DNA from: Eledone cirrhosa
Taxonomy: Eukaryota
DNA length: 64,000 bases
Assembly (NCBI GenBank): GCA_964016885.1
Contig: OZ024742.1
Span: forward strand, 312,480,001-312,544,000
Reading direction: 5' to 3'
The translations under genes and the position numbers were made by a program. This document shows, in pieces, positions 35,511 through 50,149 of this stretch. The notes under the pieces were generated by a model, which was not told where the DNA came from, did not search any database, and worked only from the letters and a program-made list of their open reading frames with translations. Numbering within the stretch: position 1 is the first letter of the stretch; each line of letters opens with the position of its first letter.

Positions 35511-37305
35511 GAAAATTTTGGTAAGTAATGTTCTAAATATCAACTTACTAATGAAAAAAGTTATTTATTTTTATCAAATTCCTCCAAATATTTGATTATT
35601 TTCAAAATTAATTGAAACACATAGGCAGTATATTTTATTAGAAATATGGTAATGAAATGGTTAAAGGGAGATTTTGATATTTCTAGTTAAGTGGAGCAAC
35701 CACATAGATGCTGTTATACTGGCTCTTTGCCCATATGGTAGAGAAGCCTGGTGAACAGCTGGGGATGGTGGAAAATAGTGAAGTGTCAGTGTCAAGAGGA
35801 CTTGACTTTTAAGAAGAAAGCTCTAGCTATTGGTATAATGAAAACAAGGTTCAATACCAGCTTTATGATTTAACATTTGCTATCCGGAAGGTGTCAACTT
35901 ATGACACAGAGATGAAGTTATATCAAAGACATCTAAATCAACAACATAAAACAGAATTCCAAACTTAAGATCGCAAGACTGAAAATCTCATATGTACAAC
36001 TGTACAAATGTGTTTAAGCCATATGTGACGCGTGAATGTCTATCATCATCATCATCATTTAACCTCCATTTTCCATGCTAGCATGGGTTAGATGGGTTGT
36101 CCCGTTTGAAGCAAGTTGAGTCCGGTAACCATGCCATGCTCATATAGAACTGTTTCTGGCTTGGTTTCTACAGCTGGATGCCCTTCTTAACGCCAACCAC
36201 ATTTACAGTGTGTACTGGGTGCTTTTTTTTGTGACTCCTACATGACCACTTTACAGTGTGTATGTGAGTGTGTGTGAATGAGTGTGTGTGAATGAGTGTG
36301 TGTTCCAAACACCAGATTAATAATGAAAAACTGATATTTTAATAATTCCATCCAAATGTTTTTTTTTTTAATATTTACATTTAGTTTCTTTTTTTAAAAT
36401 TCTTCCTTAATAATTTAAACTTCATAACCTGTTCATTACCATATTTCTAATAAAATACACTGCCTATGATTTTCACATACTCAAGAATTTGGATGGCTAA
36501 TTATTAAGTTGGTGTTTGGAGTAGAGCTTAAAGTTTCTCACATAAAATTATAATGAAAGGTTTTTAGATAAATACACATATTTTAAAAGCTAAATCATAA
36601 AATCAGAGGCAGTTTCTAGGATGAAATACATGGTCCGTGCATTTCAGTTTTGAAAATAATGAAGAAATTTGGAAGGATTTAGTAAAACAACTGGGCGTTT
36701 CATAAAAAATATGCTATTAGGAACATCACCTAAAAGGTTCTTTTATAAATGTATGATAAAATGTTCTTATATAAATATAAAAAGTTAAAAACTAGAGGTT
36801 TTGTAATACAGAAACAAGTCTCAGACAGGATGGTGCAGAAAGGGTTAATGAAACAAATTGTCTCATCAAAAGGACAATAAAACACTTGTGAAATCAAGAC
36901 CCATGATTTGGATTTTCTATACATTAATTCAGCTACTTCACAACAATATTTATAACACTTCAGACTTTTTAGAACATGAAATCTTACTCAATAGAAAGCA
37001 ACTTTTTTTTTCTTGAGTTATCTTCTCATTAAACACTATTTGAGAAATATGAGAGAACCGCTTCATTAGTTTAAACAAAAATACAACATCAATTTGTTAA
37101 AATAGTATGAATTATTGAAGCTATTAATACCAACTCTCATGATTAGATTTATAGTGTATTTTAACACATTTGTTACCATATTTCTAATGAAAGACATTGT
37201 CTATGATTTTCAAATAATCCAGAATTTAGAAGGATTTCATAATATAAATAACTTTCTTATTATTAACCTTGTGGTTGGAGCATAACTTTACATAAAATTG
37301 TGATA

Positions 37306-37352
<47 letters not shown>

Positions 37353-37448
37353 TAGGTAGTAAGGTGAAATACCATAACTTCTATGGGTCAACTTGCTAAA
37401 TGCAGGTTGATATGCAATAAATATTTTTCATATGTAAACAAAACTTCC

Positions 37449-37483
<35 letters not shown>

Positions 37484-37719
37484 GTAGGTAACACGGTAAA
37501 AAGCTCCCAGTCCACACTGTAAATGTGGTTGGTGTTAGGAAGGGCATCCAGCCATAGAAAACCTGCCAGCTAGCCCTATACAAGCAAGACACGGTCACTC
37601 AACCAATCTTGCCTCAAGTGGGACAATTCCCGTCTAACCCATGCTAGCGTGGGAGATAGACGTTAAACGATGATGATGATGATATACTGAATCAAGCGAC
37701 AAGATCCTAGATGGCTTAC

Positions 37720-37807
37720 CGAGTGGGTGGAACTCGTCAAATCGAACCAAGGAAACAATGTTTCCATTGATCATTCCATTGCTGATATTATCCACTGGTT
37801 GCAACTC
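37720..37807 (-). other. Candidate 88-nt exon
   Basis: Acceptor tttatatttatctgccAG| and donor CG|GTAAGC; one open frame ELQPVDNISNGMINGNIVSLVRFDEFHPL. Confidence 0.4.
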
Positions 37808-38514
37808 CTGGCAGATAAATATAAACATGTTAAAACAGACAGATTTTTAATAATACTAGGAGCAGTTCCAGGCAGTTTGGTATCAAAAGGTTTAATTGGT
37901 CTACAGCCATCTTTAACTGTTATATTTCATTGTCTACACCAGGGGTTTCAAACTCAAGGACTCAAACTCAAAAAGGCCATTAACCCCCTTGAGGGGAGAG
38001 GCACAGAACGGAAAAAAGTGACATGAGGGAGAGAGCATGATTTCCACCAACAATAAAGCTAATTTACAATACAGTTGATAGACTGCTGTTCATTTATGTA
38101 TTTTTATGAATACGCATATAATAATTAGTGGTACATATGAGTTAGCACAGTACAGTTGTGCGAGATCATTACAAAAATAATAAATAATGTTGATAAATTT
38201 TTTTTTTTTTTTTTTTTATGACTATATATAAACAACTATCTGGTTGTGGAACCAACCAACCAACCAGAAATTTATAAGTTTGTAGATTTGTAAATTTATA
38301 AATTTATAAATTTATAAATATATAATAAATTGAAGTGAAAGCAACTGGTGCGTGTGTTTCTTATTGGCAACATGACCCTCCCAAAGTATAACAATATCGG
38401 TTTCAACACACGATTTCAGATAAAGAATCTTGCTAAACAAATTCAGAAACGAAACATTATAAATGATTTTCATGGAAAAGACATTTCTGATTATTTATGT
38501 ACATTAAAATAGTA

Positions 38515-39333
38515 TAATAATTGTTTCTACTATTGGCACAAGGCCTGCAATTACCCCAGTACATTACTGGTACTTTATTTTATTGACCCCGTAAGGATGA
38601 AAGGTAAAGTGAACCTCGGCAGGATTTGAACTCACACCATAAAGGGGCGTAACCCTATGCTGCAAAGCATGGCGTCCGACCTTCTGCTGATATTGCCAAT
38701 CCCCCGCAGTATAATAATTGTTTCTACTATTGGCACAAGGCCAGCAAATACCCAGTACATTACTGGTACTTTATTTTATCGACCCCGTAAGGATGAAAGG
38801 CAAAGTTAACCTCGGCGGGATTTGAACTCAGAATGGCAAGGGCCGTAACTCTATGCGTCAAAGCATGGTGTCCGATCCTCTACCGATACTGCCAAATAAT
38901 AATGGTTTCTGATTTAAGCACAAAGCCAACAATTTTGGAGGAGGGGAAAATTGATTAAATTGACCTCAGTGCATTACTGGCACTTTATTTTATCGACCCC
39001 ATAAGGATGAAAGGCAAAGCTAACCTTGGTGGGATTTGAACTCAGAACGTAAAGGGTCATAACTCTATGCTGCAAAGCATGTTGTCCAACGCTCTACCGA
39101 TACTGCCAATCTACGACCCTGGAGAATAATGTAATATAACTTTGTAAGAATAATAATTGTTTCTACTTTTGACTCAAGGCCAGCAATTACCCAGTACATT
39201 ACTGGTACTTTATTTTATCGACCCCGAAAGGATGAAAGGCAAAGTTAACCTCGGCAGGATTTGAACTCAGTCCGTAAAGGGACGTAACTATGCTGGAAAG
39301 CATGGCGTCCGACTCTCTACCGATACTGCCAAT
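38515..39333 (-). mobile_element. Cluster of four SINE family 1 copies
   Basis: Copies at about 38515-38705, 38712-38895, 38896-39120 (longer subfamily) and 39150-39333. Confidence 0.92.
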
Positions 39334-39414
39334 AAGAATAATAATGGTGATGATAAAGTAAATTAAATGTAACCGAGATAGGGAATAACAAGGAGTCTCT
39401 CTCTCTCTCCCTAA

Positions 39415-40318
39415 ATCATCATCATCATCATTTAACGTCCATCTTCCACGTTAGCATAGGCTAGACGGTTTTGTTCCATTTGATGCGGGAATGGTCGGGA
39501 GACCATGTCTCGCTCACACGGAAGCATCTCTGGGAGTTTTTTTTACAGATGGATGCCCTTCCTAACACCAACCACATTTACAGTGTGGACTGGGAGCCTT
39601 TTCACCGTGTCTCCTACATGGCCACCTTACAGTGTGGACTGTTGTGTCATCGACACTGGACGGAATGGGTGAGGGAGGGTATGCGGTGGGGTGTACATTG
39701 AGTTAAAAAGTGCCTACTTACTGCAGGTTTGTATGCAATGGTAGTCGAGTCTTCTGTACAACTGCATGGTGCCAAAGGTCTCAATCCAATATCATTGTCT
39801 TAGAGAGGTGTAGGTGGGCAAGGTCAGTTTTTATCACCTCGTCCCAGGTTTTTCTTGGTCTACCCACTCCGCAGCTTCCATCAATTTTCATTGCCCTGCA
39901 CTTTTTTACACAGCTATCGTCCTTCATACGCATCACATGTCCATACCAACGCAATCTCCTCTCCAGAACACAACATTTAAGGCCTCTTATGCTTAGTCTC
40001 CCTCTTAGTTCATTTATGCTTCGCCTTTTGCGCACATTACACATCCATCGGAGCATGCAAGCTTCATTTCTTTCTAATCTCCGCAGGTCTTCAGCATACA
40101 ATGCCAAAGTCTCACTACCATGTAATATCGCCGTTCGTATACATGCATCATACAATCTGCCTTTCATTTTTAGAGAAAAACCCCTTGTGGCCAACAGCAG
40201 TATTAGCTCTCTGAACTTTTCCCATCCCATTCTAACTCTGGCTACTACACTTTCAGAGCACCCTCCTCCACTGCTGATTTTGTCACCCAGGTAACGGAAG
40301 GTGTCTACTATTTCTACA

Positions 40319-40320
<2 letters not shown>
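39415..40320 (-). mobile_element. 5'-truncated RTE LINE (ORF C-terminus plus 3' UTR)
   Basis: VEIVDTFRYLGDKIS...LHGSET...RLRWYGHVMRM...GRPRKTW; 3' UTR and (GAT)n tail at 39415. Confidence 0.92.
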
Positions 40321-40379
<59 letters not shown>

Positions 40380-41699
40380 GAGGGGAGAGAGAGATAGGTG
40401 GGAGCGTGGACTTCCCCTCTCCATACAAAAAAACCTATGATGATCTTTATTTCCTTGCTAGTAGAGAAAGCCCAAAGATGATGATATACACGATGATCAC
40501 ACATGTTGTTGTCTGCAGTGTTATTATATATTCAACAAGTGGTGAGAGAGTGCTATAAACATGGGCAAGCAATCCATATTTGTGAATTAGTCATTTTCTG
40601 GTGATAACATTTCATCACTGCACTAATTACATGATTCATCGAGCCTGAATTCAAAATGGCAGTGCAAGAATATACTACATGGGGTCATTGTTTATGTGGG
40701 ACATAAATGAATGTTACCACCTGTCTAAGCAGTATTAAATGTTAAGCAATGACATGGAGACAAACACACACATGCATACACACATACATAATGAACAGTT
40801 TCTGCCTGCTAAATTCACCCACAACGCATTTGGTAGGACTAAGGCTATATATATATATAGTAGAAGACACTTGCCAAAGATGTCACACTTAACCCTTTAG
40901 CATTTACATTACTCTATAATATACTATTGTATTTTTGTGGTAAAGGCTTTATCTCACATAATATTGAATCTATCAGATTTTGATATTTATTTTGAGAACC
41001 ATACTTTAATATCAATATGAGCAGCCAGTTACAGCCGGTTTGAACAGAAAGAGGTGAGAGAATTCTGGCTGGATACAGCCAGTTTAAATGCTAAATGGCT
41101 AAACACTGACACCACAAATTACCACTATCTTCATTATCATTATTACCACTGTCATCATCGAAATCTGTTATCATTCACACCATCATTTTCTTCACCATCC
41201 TCATCACCATCATCACCCAGAGCCTCACCTCCATCATCATAGTCATGACCACCATTTGCACTATCATCAAGTCTGTCATCACTCTTACCATTAAACCATT
41301 TTAGATTTATGATACAAAACTGCACATTTTAAATCATCATAATTTTATTTCAGAAATATTTGTTAAGTAATGTTCTAAATACCAGCTTACAAAAGTTAGT
41401 TATTTCATTAAATTCCTCCAAATATTTGATTATTTTCAAAATTAACTGAAAAACATAGGCAGTTTATTTCATTAGAAATATGGTAACCAAAGGGTAAATA
41501 ATACCACTGGGAAAAACAAACACCATAACTTATATTTAAACTTCCTCTACTCCTAGTGAAACAAAAAAGGAGCCTATATGTAACTGATTGATTGACCTAT
41601 TGTAATTAGAGGTTAAATCTCCTTCAAATTTGTCCCTACTATTTTAGAAACAAATTAATATGCTATGAAACAAAACTGCTTATTTAAAAAAAGTCTATC

Positions 41700-41957
41700 T
41701 TAAGGCAGAAGGCTCATTAGGCCGGTGCTTATCCAGGTTTCATGGCATGAAGTGACTGAGAGTACAAGACTCCACCCTGAACAGGACACCAGTCCATACC
41801 AGTTATTGCTGGTATTCATTTTCAGCTGAGTAAACTGGAGCAATGTGAAATTAAGTGTTTTGCTCAAGAACACAACACACAACCAAGCCCAGGAATCAAA
41901 CCCACAACATTATGATCTTAAGTCCAACAACACCCTTACCATTAGGCCATGCGCCTC
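41700..41957 (-). mobile_element. tRNA-derived SINE family 2 (degenerate copy also at ~57990-58140)
   Basis: Minus strand has tggcctaatggtaagg (A box), gggtttgattcc (B box) and tgtgttcttgagcaaaacactt...actcagctgaaaatg. Confidence 0.8.
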
Positions 41958-42794
41958 GCGTCTAGCCAAGTGGTAGTGTTTATTTTTAAGTTATATTCCC
42001 AACACCAACTTAATAATGACAAAGTTAGTTATATTACAAAACACTCCCAAAATTCTTGATTAGTAATAAAATTATTTGAAAAGCATAGACAATGTCTTTC
42101 ATAATAAATTCAGTAAGGAAAGGGTTATTAAGACAGTATGGTATTATTTGAAAGAGATTTAAATGTTAATTTTAGTAGAGTATGTTGAGCAACCACAGAG
42201 AGGTTCCCTTATTTGGCACATGTCTTGAAGACATTTATCATGGTGATGACACTAGCAGAGATTCTACAGCTTATTTCTAAGGATATGACTGTCCAAACAG
42301 ACACATACATATACAGATACAGATATATCACACAGATAAACAAACACACACATAAAACAAATAAGCAGGCAGGCAGACATGCAAATAGAAGTACACAGGA
42401 AAATAGATGCACACAGGAAAATGCAATTATATTCATAGATCAACATACAATGAAATGTTAACATGAGAATGGAGAGAGAGAGGGGGGGGGGGGGGGGGTA
42501 AAGATAACATAAGAGGAGAAAGAAGAAGTTGATAGAGAGAAAGAGATAGTTGTAGAGAAATATATCAATTTGATTTGAAACCTGTCTAAATTAAAGTCAA
42601 CCTAGCAAAACAAATCACGTTTGAAAGAAATGCAAAAGAACTCTATAAAATTTAAAATTCAAACCTTATTTCCCTCCAAACTCAATATATCATACATAAT
42701 TACAAACGATGTTGATGGAGGTGTGAAGTGGGATATCGTTGGGTGATAGCAATGATAGACTAGCTTAGATTAAGTTTTAAAAGACTTCATAATA

Positions 42795-43242
42795 TAATGA
42801 TGGTGATGATGGTAGTGGTGGTGGTGGTGGTGGTAAGGAAGATCATGGCATGAGTAATGACAGTTTGATGATAATGATGGTGGTGGTGTTGGCAAAAGAA
42901 ATTTTGATGGTAAGAGTAATAATGGTAATGATGATGATGATGTTAGTAGCAGTGATCAAGAGAACTAGAATGGTGTTGGTTATGATGATGGTGGCAGCAG
43001 CAAAAACATTTTGATAAGTATGATGACAGGGGAGGAGTATGATGATGGTGGTGGTGGTGGCAGCAAAGAGATTTTGATATGAGTGATGACGGGCGGGTGG
43101 ATTGTGATGATGGTTGTGGTGTTGAAGAAAATTATGATAGTGTGAGTGATGAAGATTTTAATGATGATAATGCTAATAATGATGGTGGTGGTGCTGCTGC
43201 TGCTGACAATGATGATGAAGTTGGTGGTTGTGGTGGTGAAGA
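42795..43242. repeat. Degenerate (GAT/GGT)n trinucleotide tract
   Basis: Directly visible. Confidence 0.9.
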
Positions 43243-43275
43243 GTGACAAGCCAATAAAAAATAGGAAAACATTAC

Positions 43276-43371
43276 CAAACAGGTCACAGATGAACAAGTA
43301 ACAACAATTTGTGGAGCCAGCAAGTGAAATAAGAGCAGCTGTGAATGCCTTTGTTAACATTATTTCAGTTA
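43276..43371 (-). other. Candidate 96-nt exon
   Basis: Acceptor tgtttattttctcAG| and donor TG|GTAATG; one open frame TEIMLTKAFTAALISLAGSTNCCYLFICDLF. Confidence 0.3.
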
Positions 43372-43518
43372 CTGAGAAAATAAACACATCTGAAGATTTA
43401 GCATATTTTCTGTGAAATATTATAATTCAGGGTATATATATATATATGAATACACACACCAAAATATATATATATATTTACAAACATCTATATACATACA
43501 TGTATCTCTCTCTACACA

Positions 43519-43560
<42 letters not shown>

Positions 43561-43662
43561 CCGAGTTCAAGTAAGATACTCAATACATTAGTCCTGTAGA
43601 AGCCATTTCTATATCAAACATGATATATATATATAGATATATATATATATATATATATATAT

Positions 43663-43695
<33 letters not shown>

Positions 43696-43779
43696 ACGTG
43701 CACATTCATACACCAATATGCAAACACAGAAAGTGACTACAGAAGACATGCATAGTCTGGAGAAAAAATGAAGCAACCA

Positions 43780-44138
43780 TACTTTATTGAATGTTCAATA
43801 TAAATATGAGAGATAGGGAAAGCTTAATGAACTGAGGAATAAACTGGGTTTAAGAAGAATCCAAAGTGGTATGTACAAGAGAGATGACTGTGATGGTACG
43901 GGCATGTGATGTGTATGGATGATGATCGTTAGGTGAAGAAGTACCAGGAAATCCCAGTGGAAGGAAATTGCAATAGAGGTAACCCAAGGAAGACCTGAGC
44001 AAAGATGGTGAAATAGCTGATTTTAAATCACTGGGATTCACAGAGAAGATAAGGAGTGGAGTGATGCTCTGCTGGAAACGACCTGTCCAACCCATGCAAG
44101 TGTGGAAAAACAGACATAAAAACAATGATGATGATGAC
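43780..44138 (+). mobile_element. Old RTE LINE 3' fragment (similar remnants at 47590-47778, 56905-57368, 61790-62075, 62130-62390)
   Basis: W.GHV.../GKP.KTW-like remnants, ccaacccatgcaagtgtggaaa and a (GAT)n tail. Confidence 0.7.
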
Positions 44139-45611
44139 TTATACACATACATATAAGAGTTTTACATGAAATTTTCCATATTGCCTGGGGAAGTTTCTTT
44201 TTTCAATATTTTCTATTTTTTATATATTTATTTCTATTATTATTATCATCTCTAATCTTAGATATTTCCATATGAATTGCTGCAAGTAAATATTTCCACA
44301 GCTGGATGTCCTTTCTATTAGTAACCACTCAACCATGAATAGGAGCAGGCAGACCTCCTAATTTTAGCTGGGCTGACACAAGCAATGTAGCAATAATGTG
44401 TGTACAGCCCAGAGGTAAAAAAACACTGATGCCTGTTAGGAGATCTGAGTTTATAAGCAAGCATGTGGTCTGTAGTCCATCCTCTTAACATCACAACATA
44501 CTGAGCCTTACAGGGTGTAACACTTAATAATTATGATGAGAATTTCTTACATTGGACTGAAGACATCATTTTTAAAGGGCTGGGATTAAACAGTCAATAG
44601 AATCAGCCCTAAGACATTATGTTACAGATACTTATTCTGTTGACTATTGGACAATGAAAGGCTAATAATGGTTTCTGATTTAGGCACAAGGCCAACAATT
44701 TTGGAGGAGGGGAAAGTCGATTAAAATGATCCCAGTGCTTAACTGGTACCTTATTTTATCGACCCCATAAGGAAACACATTTAATTTGACACTAATGATC
44801 CTGCCAATTTTCCACCTATGATGTAGTCATTTAAAGGTAAATTTGGATGTAAAAATGTGGCAGTAAACAAGAGTCAAAGAGCAATCCTGCACTTCTCAGA
44901 AAGAGATCAATGACCATGTCATCTTAACCCTTTCAGTGCCATATTTCTAACAAAAAACACTGCCAATGATTTCAAATAACTTTGAGAATTAAGAATCTGA
45001 ATGAATTTAGTAATATAACTTTGTCATTGTTAAGTTAGTATTTGGAACATAGATTAACCTATTAGCTTTTACATTACTCTATATTTACTATTATATTTTC
45101 ACGGTAAAGGTTTTACCTCACATAATATTGAATCTATGGGATTTTGATATTATTTATTTTGAGAACAATACCTTAACATAAGTATGATAGGCCAGTTACA
45201 GCCGGTTTGAACAAAAAGAGGTGAGAGGATTCTGGTCGGATTAAATGCTAAATGGTTAAAAGGTTTTTACATAAGATAATATATATAAACACTGTTTTAT
45301 ATCATAGAACCAGCGACAATTTCAGACTGTTTGGTAACAAAAGAGTTAAGAGAAAATGCTGTAGGCAACAACAGACTTTCAAATACAGTAAATAAACAAT
45401 TTAAATAATTCTATTTTTAACTATGAATCATAAATAGGAAATGGATGGGGGCAAAATTTTTATTCTGAATTTCGATTCTAAATTCATCAACTTACAGATT
45501 TTAGTTTTAATTTGTCTTTTTTTTTATGAATAAATTTTTTATTTCCAAATTTATCAGCTGCATGTTGTTCTGGCCTACCCCTTCCTGCTAGCAATGAAAA
45601 ACTCTGGTGCT

Positions 45612-45646
<35 letters not shown>

Positions 45647-46128
45647 GAAGAAGAAGAAGAAGACGAATTATTATTATTATTATTATTTTCATTGGCGGAA
45701 AGCCATTAATCCACAAGGAAAGATACAGTCAATCATACTCTAGAGATGTGAAACGGAAAGTCAGCCATGGCAAGTTTAGGTTTGAACTCAGATTAAATAA
45801 TGATGATAGTGGTGGCGGTGGTAATGGTTGCAATGGTGATGTGGTTTAACCATGTTACACAGTATTTCACATCCCAACATATTATATAGACCTCCAACAC
45901 TAGCAATATTCAAACAACAAATAAAAGCACAGAGAGGAACTACCAGCTGGCACAAAGAATAACAATTTTCCATGACAAAAATGACAATAGTGTTTTAATC
46001 CTTACATTAACATATTTCTAATGAAAAAAGACTGCTCATGATTTTCAATTTACCCTTTAGCATTTACTTTACTCTATATTTACTATTATATTTTCATGGT
46101 AAATACTTTAACTCATAATTATCTCACA

Positions 46129-46852
46129 CTAGCTGACGTACCCAGCTTCGCCCGAGTAAATAGATAAGAGAAGACAGGTAAAAGAGAAAATGACTGTATT
46201 GGATGTTTGTCTGGTTACAGTATGAGGCAAGTCCGTGGTGTCTGTGTGATACAAAAAACAGTAAAAAAAAAAAAATCTTCCAGATATACCAGATTCTTCG
46301 TTATTTCAAGCAATTGTCAAAAAAATGACACAATAATAAATATAAAGATGTCTGTCAATGTAAAAAAGGTCCCTATTTACTCCCTTCACAACTCTGTGTA
46401 TGTTAGACTGACAGACAGGCACACAGACAGATAAATTGCGTGGCGCTTGTGGAACGCCGCACGTACACACACATACATGCATGGAAATGCGCACACGCAC
46501 GCAAACTTATACACGCACACACTCACACATGTTGATAGTTTTTACTTGCTGTGGAACACTGCACGCACACACACACACATATGCGCACGTACACACACAC
46601 ATGTTAATAGTTATTGCTTTCCTTCTCCTCTTATTTCCACACACGTCTCTACACTGACACATATACATAGTGTATCCAACACAGCGTTCACTTTGCCTCT
46701 CTGTTTCTTACTCTCCCCTCTCACTCCCTCATTGGCATTATACATATTAATTTAAGTTTGACGTCGTTGGCCAGAGTCGTTTGAAACCTATGAACCAATG
46801 ATAATCGAGAATTATGACACACGGAATACAGACATTGTTGAAATTAATATAT
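46129..46852 (-). mobile_element. Non-autonomous Helitron inserted in a piggyBac MITE
   Basis: Minus-strand 3' end actcgggcgaagctgggtacgtcagCTAG|T; 5' part matches 6594-6755; MITE A halves on both sides. Confidence 0.82.
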
Positions 46853-47062
46853 AAATAATATCAGTATGAACAGCAGGTTACAACCGGTTTGAACAGAAAG
46901 AGGTGAGAGAATTCTGGCCGGATCCGGCCACTTTAAATGCTAAAGGGTTCATTTTGAAAATAATCACCAATTTGAAGGAATTTAGTAAAATAACTAACTT
47001 TAGTCATTATTAATCTCATGTTTGGACTTTAATTTTTAATAAGGGTTCTTACGTAAAATAAT

Positions 47063-47248
47063 TGTTTCTATTTTAGGCACAAGGCCAGCAATTACCCAGT
47101 ACATTACTGGTACTTTATTTTATCGACCCCGTAAGGATGAAAGGCAAAGTTAACCTCGACGGGATTTGAACTCAGATCATAAAGGGACGTAACTCTATGC
47201 TTCAAAGCATGGTGTCCGACTCTCTACCGATACTGCCAATCCACCGCC
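47063..47248 (-). mobile_element. SINE family 1 with TSD
   Basis: TSD cttac(g/a)taaaataat at 47048-47062 and 47249-47263. Confidence 0.9.
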
Positions 47249-47827
47249 CTTACATAAAATAATGAAAGCTTTTAGATAAATAAAAACACTTTAAAACAAA
47301 CCGTTCTTTATTGCAGAACCAGGGGAATTTTTCAAGCAGGTTAATATCAAAAGAGTTAAGTTAAAAGCTTAGGGGTTACATTGACTTAGATGTAAGATAT
47401 CCCCACATATAAAAATATAGGCATTAGTTTATTTGTAATGTGTGTAACTATAATGATACATAATTTCCTCTATAAGATCAGGTTACTTATAAGAACATAA
47501 CCAGAAAACAATAATATTACATTCTTTAACCCTTTCATTGCCATATTTCTTAAGAGTTAAATGTTCTGTTTTATTTTAGAAACTCCAAGATGAAAGAAAT
47601 TATATAAGAAGAAGACTGAGGAAAACCTGAGCTGATGTGGTGAGAGCTAATATCGAAATGCAGAACTTCACAGAAGAGATAAGCAAGGAACATAACAAGT
47701 GGAAGAAAGTTATGCTGGAGAAAATTCTTCCAACCGATGCAAGCATAGAAAGGCAGGTGTAAAAATAATAATGATGATATTTTGAAAGATGTATCTAATT
47801 CTTGATGTTTGTGTCTCTCAAACCATA

Positions 47828-48607
47828 AATAATTGTTTCTACTTTTGGTACAAGGCCAGAATTATCCCAGTGTATTACTGGTACTTCATTTTATCGACCC
47901 CGTAAGAATGAAAGGCAAAGTTAACCTCGGTGGGATTTGAACTCAGACCATAAAAGGCCGTAACTCTTTGCTGCAAAGCATGGCATCAGACCCTCTACCA
48001 ATACTGCCAATCCACCACCATAATACCATAAATAATATGACCAAATCATTTGTTTAGACTAGACAAAAAAAAATCAATTCCCATATGTTACTTATTTGAA
48101 ATACACATGGCTTGAACAGCTAGTCCACTGAAACATCAGGTAATGGAACAACAGTAAAATAATTATAATTTCATGGTGCTTATACATAATAATGATTTCT
48201 TATTTATCACAAGGCCAGCAATCCGAAGGGGAGGGGGGAAAGTCGATTAAATCAACCCCATAGGATAAAAGGCAAAGCCAACCTCTGCGGGGTTTGAAAT
48301 CAGAACATAAAGAGCTGGAACGTGTCTGGCGTTCTACCAATACTGCCAATCCACTGCTTATAGATAAGGAAATGTATACTAATCATTATTAATCTAGAAT
48401 AATGATTAGTATAGGGCAGTGGATTGGCAGTATCGGTAGAGGGTTGGACGCCATGCTTTGCAGCAAAGACTTACGGCCCTTTATGGTCTGAGTTCAAATC
48501 CCGCTGAGGTTAACTTTGCCTTTCATCCTTACGGGGTCGATAAAATAAAGTACCAGTAATGCACTGGGTAATTGCTGGCCTTGTGCCAAAAGTAGAAACA
48601 ATTATTA
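47828..48607. mobile_element. Three SINE family 1 copies: 47828-48020 (-), 48188-48357 (-), 48413-48607 (+)
   Basis: Family consensus match; TSDs accataaataat and attattaatctagaataa. Confidence 0.9.
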
Positions 48608-50149
48608 ATCTAGAATAAGAAAATTTAAAAGAATTTGTGTTATTTGCAATAAAAATAAATCTGTAAGCATCTGATAATGAAGAGTAGGGAGGAATGTGTA
48701 AAATCAAAAAACTTTCTAATGGAGCTATATTTTCCCAATATAAGTTAAATAGTTGAATCATTAATTAATCCATTAACAATTACATTACTCTATATTTACT
48801 ATTGTATTTTTGAAAGGCCAGCAATCTATGAGATGTTGATGTTATTTGTTTTGAGAACAACACATTGACATCAGTATGAGTGGCCAGTTACAACTGGTTT
48901 GAACAGAGGGCTGAGAGAATCTGGCAAGATATGGCTGGTTTAAATGCTAAAGGGTTAAATAAAGATAAATAAATACATAGATAAATAATATAAATTAAAA
49001 TTCACTTGTAAAATGCTCTTCATTCAAAATGTCCTACATATCCACACAATCAATTCCTTATTTAATTCAATGGGAATATTTTTGGCATTCCAATGGAATC
49101 AGACAAATGGAGATTACATGCTGAAAATTATATTAACCCTTTTGATACCAAACCACCTGAAACTAACACTGGTTCTATGATAGCAGGCTGTTTATTTCAA
49201 GTGTTTTGTTTTTATCTAAAAACCTTCCATCATAATTTCATGTAAGAACATTTATTAAGATATGTTCCAAATACCAGATAAAATAATGTATATTATTAAA
49301 TCCTTGGAATCCTTGGTTATTTTCAAAATTATTTGAAAATCACAGGCATTGTCTTCATTGGATTATATGTAGGAACCTGTAACACCTGGTGGAGTTGCAA
49401 GCCCCATGACATGGGGTCCTTTTTGAAGCAAGGTTTTACAACCTGATGCCCTTCCTGACACTAACACTTTTGGTCACCTCTTACAACACACAAGGATATA
49501 GTATCCTTGTGTATTTTAAACTGGATAGACACAAAGAGCAACCAAATTAAATAAATAACAAGGAAGCAAGAAACATATCTAGTTTAATGCCATGTAAGGT
49601 CTTTTAAGGTATCGAAATTGTAGATCAGCAACTTAATACTAATTTACTAAGCTTTCAGGTGCATTTTCTTTTTTAATGCTATTTGCCATCACTTCTTTTT
49701 CTATTTGCTTATGTTATAATCAATCCTATACAACCAAAACTGAAATTAAAATTGCTTCGCAGTATTTGGTCCTCCAACAGCAGAAGCTATAACCTTGATA
49801 ATTACCAGCAAGAAACTGGTTTTAATAGTGGTAGCATTGTTGGGCTAAGAGATGAGCTTCATTATCTATACCAAATATGGTACTTTGTTATTATTATAAA
49901 GGTGGTACGGGTGGTGGATTGGCAGTATTAGTAGAGCATAGGACAACATGCTTTGCATCATATAATTACATCCCTTTACGTTCAGTGTTCAAATCCCAGA
50001 GGTTAACTTTACCTTTCATCTTTCCAGGGTTGAAAAAAGCATAATTCAAGTACTAACGTTAATTTTTACTCTATTTCTTACTTCTTTTCTACCACTTCTT
50101 TTCCTTCTGGAAGAAAATTCACTGTGTTCAGACCTGTAGAGTGGATGGG

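Noticed and set aside
38515-39333. CRISPR-like repeated units
   Set aside because: These are ~190-bp SINE copies in eukaryotic DNA, with no repeat-spacer periodicity or cas genes.
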